Source of the DNA: Phoronis australis | Taxonomy: Eukaryota > Animalia > Phoronida | DNA length: 64,000 nt | Direction: 5' to 3' | NCBI GenBank assembly: GCA_002633005.1 | Contig: NMRA01000152.1 | Coordinates: forward strand, 756,812-820,811 | Shown here: positions 25,501 to 37,030 of the stretch, piece by piece | Position numbering within the stretch: the first letter of the stretch is position 1 | Layout: each line of letters starts with the position of its first letter | Translations under genes and position numbers: made by a program | Notes under the pieces: generated by a model | Databases searched by the model: none | What the model saw: the letters and a program-made list of their open reading frames with translations, nothing else | What the model was told of the DNA's origin: nothing

Positions 25501-26518
25501 AAGATCCTGGTGCCCTGATTGTTAAATGATAAAAATGCAAAACTTGGTATAACCGAATGCTCCCGTACATTCCACTCAGAGCTTATCACGTCTCGAAATC
25601 AAACGGAAAACTGAAATGTAAAAATATCTGAGACACTGCTCATTGGTAGTAAAGGTACTCCAACTTGTGGACTGACAAGTTCACACCTTGAACGAAATGC
25701 TTCCCCTTTCAAAGGCAACCTTTTCCCGTCTCAAATAGTTTACGAGACACGTAACGTTCTACTTCGTACGCTTTTTGTCAAGGGTATGATACAGACTGCC
25801 GAATACATGCATATGGACATAAATAAGTCGCAGAGGAGACCGTGGAGCATATTTAATATATTTTAGTCGTAAAATTTTTACTAGTTTTACTATTTCATAT
25901 TCCTATCTGTAGGTAACTGCACGGCATTCGAGCATCTATTTGATTCCACTTCATATGCTTTCCTTAAATTAATTCGTTACAATATTCATCACTTTCCACG
26001 TGAAAAAAAATTTCAGTTCGATTTGGAATACAACGATTAGATCCCTGCAAAGTTGCACTAATTTTTTTCCACCAAAATCATACTTGTATTTTGGAATAAG
26101 TTTAACTGAGTAGGCGATCCTTTCAGTAAGTAAAATTACGTCTTCGCTTGCCCCACAAATAGTTTCCAATAAGTTATATTTGTAAAAATTTGCGTTTTTA
26201 AAAAACTACTTTCTGTTCTCCTCACCAGTAAAGTTTTTAAAAATGTATCTCACTCCACCGAAAGAGCATTTTCAATGCTTTGTGTTTTTTGTTTTCTTTT
26301 CACTGGAGTAGTGAACACGTTGCGTTTTCAAACGGAAAGAGCTGTGATGGTGAGGTAAGAGATTGGAAACATAGGCCTATGGTAATTGGGCAATTTTTCA
26401 AAATAAGACGTAATTCTTGCTCCCTCTGTGAGGAGTGGGTCAGGTGAAGTCTGTAACGCACACAAAAATTGAAACATCCGCTCAATACATGACCCTATTT
26501 TAAATCTGTTGATTTCAG

Positions 26519-29500
26519 ATGCATCACTACCACTGGGTCTTCTTGATCAGCTTTCTGTGCACATTAGCGCACGTGGAGTGTGCTACCTTAGATTTCATCC
26601 CAGATTCTGAACCTCCCATTCAGATTACATTGGTGTCTCCTGGAGGGATAAAATTCCAAATGACTGGTAAAAATTTAACTCTGACATGTGATCTAGCAAA
26701 TGTGATTTGATAAAAACTATGTCAAGTATGTCTAAGTATGCATGATGACTCAGCATGATGTCTGCTCGGCCTTATTCATTGCGCATGCAGGTTTTCGTGT
26801 AATTTGGGAAATTTGTAATTTAAAAAATACGAGCCATGTTACCCTAGTATTAACTGTTCAGAGGACTTTCAGTTATAGTTGAAGAATATAATTTCGTCGC
26901 ATAGTCTTGCTTGGACAAATCTTTGAAAAGGAAATATGCAGACCCAGTTACAACTATTGTCGTTTTCTATTTTTCAGGTGATGTAGGCCACGTAGGTTAT
27001 TTCCATGTTCATTTTAACGTTAACAAACCACTCCATGGTGTTGCGTCGGGAGATTTCAATAGTCCTAATATTAACGCAGCAGGTACGAATTTGTCAATTG
27101 AACATATGTCAAAACTTTATTTCAGTCGAGACCTCGTTAGTTTAATTACTATTATTGTTCACTTCTTTTACANAAAATTGATAAGGATTCCAAAGCCAGT
27201 TTTGTCCTCCAGATACTAAAAACGACTTTCCCACCCAGTTCTCTGAAACCAAGTAATGCTCTGTATCCTTCAAGAACTCTCTAAAGTTTGAAGGAAATTT
27301 TGAAAACTCCTTTCAAAGTCTGCTCAACGGGCAAGCGTGACCTACGCTTGTAGCGAATTACACGACAATTGTGAGAAACGATCACCCACCACGGACCATA
27401 ATGTCCAATCTCTGACATACGGAGTATGAGTTTTATTAATTCCTGCCTTTCATATGGACGATTGACGCCAATGATGCATTAGCAGGTGACAGAAAGAGGA
27501 TTGGTTGAAATCATCAAAGGGTTTAGTATCCTTTTAATCGAAGTTCACTAAGCAAGTGCTTTTTGTTTTGGGCATTATTTTTTTCTCTGAACGTCGCCAA
27601 TGTGTAATTAAAGGCCTTCATAAAATGTGCTTTGCGTTGATGACTTTACCCTCCGAGTTATTCAACTGAACTAACTGATAAACTACAGTAGTTGTGAAAG
27701 TTGTTTTGAGAACAACAACAACAACAGCAGCAACAAGTTATTCGATTTGTCAACAGAGACCACGACCACATCGACTACAAAAGACACTACGACTGCAGTT
27801 ACAACTCCAGAGAAGTCAAGTACAGAGACGTCTCCCGTCACCACTTCGAAGTCAAACACCACGCACCCCGTACCGCCTAAACCAACTCCAAAGCCGGAAG
27901 AGTGTACATCCTACCCATGTCTTATATTTGAAGATAATTTTGATACGCTGAATTTTTCCACGTGGGAGCACGAGATCACTGCGAGTGGCGGCGGTGTAAG
28001 TCGTCTGCAGCGCTTGCAAGCGCGGGAAAGTTATCGTCCCATACTTAATTCACCACGTTAATAATTAAGTTAAGCTGTTAAAAATGGTTAACTTACTCGC
28101 GTAATTTACGTGCGTCGGAAACATCCACGCTTTGACCATGTACCTACTACATGCATAGCTGACACCGTTCCGTCAAAGCTGTGAACTTTTGATTAGCGTA
28201 GACCATTTACCGCTATAAAATCAGTTTCCACTTGTTACTCCCTCAGACGAGAAGTGGTTTCTGTGCTTGGAAAAAACTGACGGTTCACAACTGGTGTTAG
28301 GCTTAGTAACACATTCACGAAGGACCCCGTCCCGCCTCAACAACTTCTTTGAGCCTGGCCTGATCCAATGGCTAACTGCTATTTCTTTTTATAAACAAAA
28401 CCACTTATCATCTGAGTGAGGTACCAGGTGGGACCAGTTTCATAGCAGCAATTTGAATAAGGAACTACTTAAGACCGCCTATTTCATAACTGCAGAAATG
28501 GTCTAAATCAAAAATTGATTTCTTACGAAAGGCGGGCTTATAACTGCAGTTGTAAGTGTTCAAAAGTCGTATTTCATTTTCCTATATTTTCAGAATTGGG
28601 AATTTGAGTACTACGTCAACAACCGTTCAAATTCGTACGCCAGGAATGGCAACTTGCACATCAAACCTGTAAGTACACGTAACTTAACTTGATATCCGCA
28701 ATTTACCTCTCGTAACTGTATAAAATACATGGAGATGCTTTCACTGAACAAATGGATGTTGATTGATCTTGTAAACAACACTCACTGGCAGGTAGTTCAA
28801 ACAAGTTTCTTTTTATTCGTTGATCTTTTTACCCGCGATAGATTATAGATTCTTCTGTCACGGGTACCAGAGATGCTTGGGATATGAGATTTGTGGTGCA
28901 TCATTCAGCGGACCTCAGTGTTGGCTGGAAATATGGGTGAATCCATTGGTTGGTTTCGAATTCGGCGCTTTCATATCTAAACGTCTTCCCACAATCCATA
29001 GATTTTAATATAAGGTCTGATCTGTCTGTAGTCAAAATTTGAAATACACAACATAGTGTAAATAACGCAATACTGCTGTTACTGTGTTTTAGTTCTTTCG
29101 TAACATTCATTGTTGGAGAGTTTGAAGTGTTGAAGGTTAATGAAAAGACAGCGGCCCAGGAGTTCATGAAATTGATCAAACCCAGTGAAAGGGACATGAT
29201 CATATTTGCCCCAGAAAAACGCTATTTTGTGTCTACGTGTATAGTTAAACGGGATAAACCTCCTGGAATTATTAGCTTTGACCAGAGCTAGAAAGTACCA
29301 GAATCCGTTTTTGTGATTTTATTACAAATTGACAGTTCTGTGCTATGTAACCCGTGGGATATTTTGTTCAGAGCGTTCAGGTTCTACTGTGGAGTTAATT
29401 AGTTTGATTCTCCGATACTCTAAATTTCTGTGAAATCACTTTACTGGCCAGGAATGCCCCTTTAAATTGCATTTTGTAAAAAAGAAAATTTCCATAGTGA

Positions 29501-32500
29501 AGCAGTTGAGAATCCCCTTGTTGAACACGCCCAAAAATAAATAGCACATCCGGTAGACGGTGTCAATTGAAAGTGAAATTGGCTTTATAGTCTTCAATTG
29601 TTGTGGTATTATGGTAACTAGTTCTGAACACCAAAGTCGAGTTGCAAACACGAAATTCTGTCTTTACAGACACTCACTTCGGATAGATATGGTGAGACTT
29701 TCCTTTCTTCAGGAACACTGGATTTGTGGGGTAAGAGTTTAGTTTATTAGCTCATGAAACCACATTATGACAGTTTTTGATTCCTCGATGATCACAGAAG
29801 CGTATTATTAATCAATATTTACCAATGCGTTCATGTTACCCCGTTCTTTTCTAAAATGTGTGCGATTGTTTGCGCAAGTTTTGCTTAATATAAATTTCGA
29901 GCTAGAACTGATATTTGAAAGTAAGCATGACCAGAGACCTTGTTTAAGGAAATATTCAGCATGACGTCATTTTGAAGTCATTGTGACGTTTTGGACCAAG
30001 TGTGACACGGCATGACTATTCTACACCAAAATTGTCTGAAAACACGGCACTGTTGTCTCTTAGCTTATTTATTGGACATTCTCTCGAACTTCCGGGTATA
30101 CTCCTTCATCCTCCAATTAAAAGGTTATCTAGGACCCTAACAAACGACCCCAAATCTAAGTCAAATATCGAAAGAACTATTCTTTGTCAACCATTGAAAG
30201 TACATTTTTTCTGAGAGGGGAAAGAACGAGGATTCTAAAAATATGCTTCTTACTACTGTGTCTTGTCTTTATTTTATTATTGTCACGGGACCACAGACTC
30301 AGTAGTAACAAGCATATTTTTAGAATCGTCGATCATTTTCTTTTTAAGAAAATAAGTTACTTTTAATGGTTGACGAAGCATAGTTTTTTCAGATTTGACT
30401 TAAAGTTGAGGCCTTTATTAAGGTCCTAGATAACCTTAGCAACCATCATGTAGCAAATATCCAAGAAAAATTTCAAAATATCTAAAATGTTTGCTATATA
30501 TAGAGACTGATTATGACTGAGACAAAGAGAATCGGTGAAAGTATAGGTTTACCGAGAGTTTGCGCGAAGGTGTGCAATGAAGTATGAAACATAACAGCAC
30601 TAGTGTCAACCAATTTCAAATACTTACGAAACGTAATAGCCATTATTAAGGCTTGGACATTCGTTCATATGTCTAAATTTGGGGACGCAAACGTAGTGAC
30701 TTAATGCTTTGAGAATTTAGATGAAAAATCGGTCACCACTGGGAAGTCCAAACATTGTCAGATTTAGATTCCGCTATAGGCATTCCGATTAGCTTCGCCA
30801 CGCACGTTCACCAAAACAGCCAACGTCAGTGTCCTTTATACGACAGGTGGCCAGCCTGCAGATCAGTGTACCTCAGAAGCATTCTATGGGTGTTTTCGGC
30901 AAGGAACTGGAGCAACATTCATCAATCCCATCCAATCCGCTAGACTGCGCAGTGTTCGCTCATTCAACTTCAAGTATGGAAAGATCGAAGCCAGAGCCAA
31001 AATGCCAATTGGAGACTGGATTTGGCCAGGTACATAACCATAAATCGTAGATTCCGTACATTATGTTTTAGAAAGGAGCTAGCGTTCAAGGTTAAGTATC
31101 ATTTCCAGTGTTGTAGCGGTTGCCATTTATGCATAGAACTAGGAAGAGGCTTCATGATAGAACTGAACTCAGTAAGTTACCTGCCAAGTCATAGACATAG
31201 TGATCGCGTTATCTTTCACTCACTAGGAGTAGGCTACGTAGCGTTTTTTCTTAACACTCCGATTTTTTCGTGTACACAGCTTCCGGCCCGATTGTCGTAA
31301 GTGACCTTTTCGGACCAAGAAATGTCGGATCGAACACACATCCACACCAACTCCAATTAGCCGTATACGACAATCGTACATGTATATGAAAAATCTGAGT
31401 GCGTAGACAAGTCTTATAGAAGTTCCCCTGAGTTTAATTCTTTCGCTCTTTTGGTAAGTGTGCTGCGTACCTTGACTTTTGGTTCAATAGATGTTTATTT
31501 CTCATTGCTTTTTCAGCCATTTGGATGTTGCCAACAAGACAAGAGTATGGATTGTGGCCAGCCTCAGGAGAAATTGACCTTGTCGAAACCAGAGGTGAAA
31601 TCATAACTCCGGTTGTTTCTCTATTTGTTTGCTTAGGTTTGATTTGTGCTTGCTCCGGATTTTTTAATTTTGTGAAAACCTTTCTACCGTAATGCAGTGG
31701 TGACACTCGTGCCAGTGTCCTCATTATTCATATTGCAATGTCCTCATAAGCATTTCGAATTCAGATTATTACAAAAATGTGTAAATCTTGTTTCATATGT
31801 CTTCCTTGGTAGTTGGATATTTGATGAACGTTTTTCTTGGTCAGTGATCGGGGTCTATAGTCTGAGCAATAAAAGCCGACTAAACTTTCTAGTACTGTTT
31901 GTGTTATGTCTTTGACAGGCAATCGCGACCTAAAGGACAACAAAGGCAACCAAATTGGAGTAAAGAACGCAGGGCAAACGTTGCACTGGGGACCCTTCTG
32001 GCCTGCCAACTTCTTTGAGAAAACCCACGTGGCAAAGTAAGCCAGTGCGTCGCCCAGCGAACCCAATACTAGGGAAAAGTTCGCTGGCGTCTAGTATACA
32101 TGTCTGTTCTACCGTTTATGATAAACAGAATACACGTACATGTAAGTAGTCACTTGGAACAGCGATGACTGCATCTATAACACCGGGGTACCGAATGACG
32201 GCGATCACACGGCGGAAAGGAATTAGAATATTAAGCGGGGGACTTAGAACGAACATTACTCAGGTTTCTATTTCTAATGTTCCAGGGACGCAACGTCTGG
32301 AACGTTTGCCTCTGACTTCCACACGTTTGGAGCCGAATGGGATGAAGACCACCTCAGGTAAACACAGTAGCATCAGGCACAGTTTTCCTGTAGTGCCTGC
32401 TGAATAAATTCTGGCTTTCGTGTCGCTTATTTCTTTTATTGATTTCAGTCCAGAAGCACTGTATGTAGGGACAGCATGCCGCAAGCCACTTGATGCCTCT

Positions 32501-33816
32501 CACATTTGATGTCTTGGTCAGGGTAAAGTTACGATCGGAAATAAAGACGCTGACTTACTTAACGAAAGCGTTTGACTGAGTGTATTTCATATTTCGTTTT
32601 CTATGAGGCAATTGATCACAATGTACCAAAAACCAGAAGAATGCGCAAGTAAAACAAACGGAAATTTTCATTTGAAACACACATTCAAATTACTTCATAC
32701 TCTGTAGGTCTATTTTCTTCCATTTAAGTGGTCTTGAATGTATTTTTGGTCGATTTTGTTACTCAGGACTGATTGCGAATATATTTAAGCTTTTTCATCG
32801 ATGGACAAGAAACTTTAAAAGTGGATCCTGGAAAAAATGGTTTCTGGGACTTCGGCAAGATACACGACTTCTGTCCAAAATGTGACAACCCGTGGAACCA
32901 AACAAACAGCAATAAAATGGCACCGTTTGACCGAGAGGTGAGATTCTAAAACTACGAACATTGTGGCATGGAAGTTTATCAATGTCCCTCGTTAGGGAGC
33001 CTTCTTCCGTATTGACCAAACTTTCGGTGCTTTAACGGCGAGTTCTTCAGAAAAATAGAGGGGCAGGTGTGATAACAGTCTACGTGAGGCAAAGATGCAA
33101 ACCTATTCCAAAAGCTACGAGAAAATCCCGGCCATGATGGCTATTAAAACTCTTTAGTACAGCTGGGAACCGGAACTGGTTCCTAGAGTACAGCTAACAA
33201 TTCAACACCTCATTCAAGTGACCCTTTTCAATACCTGACTCGAAAATTGGCAAATTTTAATACCTAATGAAAATGACACATAAAGAATCCTACTGAACAA
33301 TCATCAATTATGATAGATATTTCAAAGAAAATCAAGACGATATTCAATAAAAGCTGTCAGCGCAAAAATTCGAACCATGGGAGAACCCCTTCCGGTCTGC
33401 ACAAATCGATATACAACATAAGAGCCATTTGGCATGTTTGTGTAACGCAGTAATTCGCATTTTAAAACTTGAAGAATACTATTTGGTAGACATCATATAA
33501 CATTTTTGAAATGTTAAATTGTTTCATATTATGTTTTTTACAACTTAGTGATTCCCTTCCATTCATGATTTTTTTGATGTTTTGGCAGTTTTATATAATT
33601 CTGAACGTGGCAGTTGGTGGTACCAATGGATTTTTCCCGGACGATGCAGTCAACGCAGGTTCTCCCAAGCCGTGGACCAATAAAGAACAAAACGCGTTCC
33701 GAGATTTCTGGAACGGAAGAGGTCAGTGGTACCCCACTTGGAACCCCACCAAGAACAACGGTGAAGATGCGGCAATGAAGGTTGATTACATCAGAGTATG
33801 GAAGCTGAAACCTTGA
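26519..33816 (+). CDS. Secreted beta-1,3-glucan-binding protein / GH16 endo-beta-1,3-glucanase (LGBP/betaGRP-like), 11 exons
   Basis: Phase-consistent GT-AG exons 26519-26666 (signal peptide), 26978-27082, 27757-27995 (Thr-rich linker, LIFEDNFD..WEHEITASGGG), 28594-28668 (NWEFEYYVNNRSNSY), 29670-29730, 30847-31029 (NPIQSARLRS..FKYGKIEARAKMPIGDWIWP), 31517-31594 (AIWMLP..WPASGEIDLVE), 31919-32036 (TLHWGP), 32286-32357 (DFHTFGAEW), 32790-32937 (NPW..MAPFD) and 33589-33816 (FYIILNVAVGGTNGFFPD..MKVDYIRVW). Confidence 0.95.
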
Positions 33817-36299
33817 TCAACGGACGAATTATACACTGATAGAACCCAGTATTGACTGTAAAGCATGAAATTTGAGCATGGTGCAAAACGACTAATCGGT
33901 TGTTGAAAACAAAATATAATTAGCTTTTACTATAGTAAATCGTCACTGAGAAGTGTGCGTGTGTTCATGTGTGTGCGTGTGCGTGCGCGTGTGCGGTTTG
34001 TTTGACGTGTGCTGGTGTTTCTGTATCATCAACTCTGAGTCGATCAGTAGATTTACGTCGACGTTTTGAAAGCAGTCATGGAATGTCCCCCTCCCAGAAG
34101 TGCGAAGAGGGAGAGTTCGTGTTTATAGGAGACGACCGGAAACCAGGAATACATCTACGTGTATTTAGCCCTATCGGTACTCCATCGAAAATCCCCCAAG
34201 AATTTAAGACTAATACAAACGTTTGACCATCATAATGCGTGTGTCTTCCAAAAGACAAGTTCGACAAAGGAATGGCTCTCCGCAGTCGGTTGGCCGTGCA
34301 TCACGTGTGGGTAAATCATACTTGGCAATTCGTCCCGTTTTTGGCAGAACCGTCCCACTTTCTGAAGCCGCGTTCCGCCAGCGTGCCGCAACAACATAAG
34401 AATAACTTGCTTTTTTAGTTGACATGCGCCTCAATATTTACATGTATATGCCCAAACCGGTTTGTTTGTGCTTGGCTGCCGGGATATTTTCGTGCACACC
34501 ATTTACTCCTAGATCCATTTCACGGAAAAGAACGTCGTCAGTGCGATGTTTGTGGATGTTCTGATTTCCCGTTGCGTTGTTCGATCATATCCAGATTTTC
34601 CACATTCTGGAGTGTTTGCAAGTATGGGAAATGATTTGAATTTAAATGCCATGGAATCAACTTGTGACGAGAAATCTTCGTATAGAGCGAAAGCGTTGAA
34701 TTCTCTATCACATTGCAACATTCTAACTTCACCGACAATTTACTTTAGTAACCGCCACCTATACTGCACTGCGATAGAGTGCCACAACCGCGTACGCTTG
34801 TTATCTCTATACTCTCGTACCCGCGGAACTCTATCAGCAAAGTAACCTACTGATTTTCTAGCGTGATTTCTCTGTCTATGAAAGCACCCCTGTAATTGTT
34901 TTGTAATGAGTATTATACCGGTAAGACAAATATGTGCGAGGCTTCTTTTCAGAGCTTTGATCAGCATAAAATCGTCTTCATCCTTATACACGAGTTAGAA
35001 CCACCTGAAACGCTATAGTCCGAAAATATTCCATTTCCAGGGATAACCGTTGAAACCAACTTGGGTTTTCTGTTTTAACTTTCCATGACAGTAAAGTTCT
35101 TTCAAAACATTAAAACCAACCAACACAAGGCTAGTTACGTTGCAGTATTTTCACACTAGAGGGCATAAGCTATCAGCTCAGTTGTGGTTCACTTGCTGCA
35201 CTGTAGTTCAGCTATTCTTCTGCCGTGGCCCGTGCTACTCATTCGATGCAGACGTATTCGTTAGTTCATGTAAAATGTTATCGTGTGCATATAAAAAAGA
35301 AACCATTATGTTTGCACCGGGACTTAGATTTGGGGATCGCCAGAACAAAATCGTGATTAAAATCATTCGATTGCGTCTGCTGGAAATGCCTTTTGTTTGG
35401 GAAGACACTTCGTCTAAGTTGTTATTGGTTTCTATGAGTACATAGTTCTTTTTTCATGAAGTTCCTGAGGGCTTCGATGAAAAGCAGTGTGAACTTGATG
35501 GGGCAACCCTCATTGTAAATATCACAGTAATAAATAATAAATGAATAAATAAACGAAATTAAACCCGTCTTTTCAATGTCTTGATTTTGGTCGCTAGGCG
35601 TTATACAAGTAAACTCAAATGGCGTTCCTTCCGGGCTGTGGAAGCACAACTAAAGTTCCTTGTGAAGTCAGGCGAGGTTCATAAAATTTACAGCGTTCTG
35701 TCGTTCAGCTACTTTTCCAGAGGGGAGGGGTTCTGAACGTGCGATAACATCTGGCTTCTTCGTTAACTCAGGACAACCTATTGTCCCGTATGACACCAAG
35801 GCCAATTAGATCTTCCAGGCTTCACTGGGTTACTGAAACCTTAGGTGGCAGAATAGATTGTCTTAACTTCGGTTGTAGTTGGGCGATTTTGGTGATTCAA
35901 AAACTAAACATGACGGAGCCATTTGACAAGAAATTCAGAAATGCTATTGGTTTATGTTCAAATATGTCATAACATAAAATTTCATTTTTAGCAGCACAGC
36001 CCAGTCAGGCTGATACGAGTGGTCGAAGATTAGAACAATTATCGAACAAAGAAAGCCGGCGCTCAAACCATAAATGCCTGAGTGGAGTTAGTCAGTCGTG
36101 TAAGGTGTTGGCTAAGGGGTAAACTTCCCAACTTGTTGTTGGCATAGAATCGAACACTATTAGGAGCAACGGGAAACGCTGTAATGCTTAAAAAAAAACA
36201 GCGAAAAGTCGTTCGAGGCCTAGTGATAACTTTTAAACTGAGTCGTAGCTAACACTCAATTTAGTATTGGTAATGTGGCCTCAATAAAACCCTTTTGGA

Positions 36300-36815
36300 C
36301 AAAACGCACGGGTTTAATGCTGCTGTTTTTGCCGGCGATGATCTGTCACGGATACGCCGGGAAATTCAGGGAGCCGGGGGTGTGTAGAACTGGATAAAGC
36401 ATGTTCGCACTGACGAAAACAGCGATTTTTAAGTTGTGTGTAGACCGTTTCATTTGTGTTTCAGTGCAGTCATGCGGACATCACGCGGCCCGGGAGTCCC
36501 GGCCTGGCCGCCGAGCCAGAGAACTTCCGAACGGCCGGCGTTCAGTGCACAGCCGTGCAAGAGGGATACTCAGATATCGTTTTGTCAGCCAACGACTGAA
36601 GGAGGAGCAGACTGAGCAAAGAGACGCGAAAAACGTTGCGGGCGTAATAGGGGAATAGCGTGCCCGGCGCCGGTCTGCCGGCCGCGTCATACACGGCGGC
36701 GTCGCGCTGCTGCGGCGTCAGTCGCCGTGAGCGCCTGACGCCGCCGAGGAAGGCCGCCGGACGGTGAAGGCATTTTATCATCCCGGCAGCAACCCGATGC
36801 TAGGCTTAGGCATAA
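36300..36815. other. GC/CpG-rich island with strong hairpin potential upstream of TIMM22
   Basis: Abrupt GC enrichment against the AT-rich background. Perfect 10-bp stem GCGGCGTCAG (36712-36721) / CTGACGCCGC (36735-36744). Function unknown. Confidence 0.5.
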
Positions 36816-37030
36816 CCTCAATTTTCGTAAATATTTTTCAGTAAATTTAGATTGACACTAGACAGACGTTTTCCCTTCTCTATGACTATTACAATCCACG
36901 CTACTCACACGGAGCCATTGTCACTTCAGTGCTGCAACTACAAGTTCACGCAAAACACTTCAGTGAAAAATTCTGAATTAAAATCCGCGTGATGGCGTGA
37001 AGGTCTACCGGTAGAGGCGTTGACATCAAG

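Noticed and set aside
5803-33816. Functional glycan cluster (WSC-sulfotransferase plus beta-glucan-binding gene)
   Set aside because: The genes are ~20 kb apart on opposite strands, separated by an unrelated receptor gene, with no evidence of co-regulation.
33970-35990. Cluster of overlapping short ORFs after the GH16 gene
   Set aside because: No recognisable domains or consistent splice phases; looks like repeat-derived or decayed sequence.
36480-36520. GGGAGTCCCGG resembling the RNase MRP CR-I motif
   Set aside because: No matching CR-V/P4 partner could be identified.
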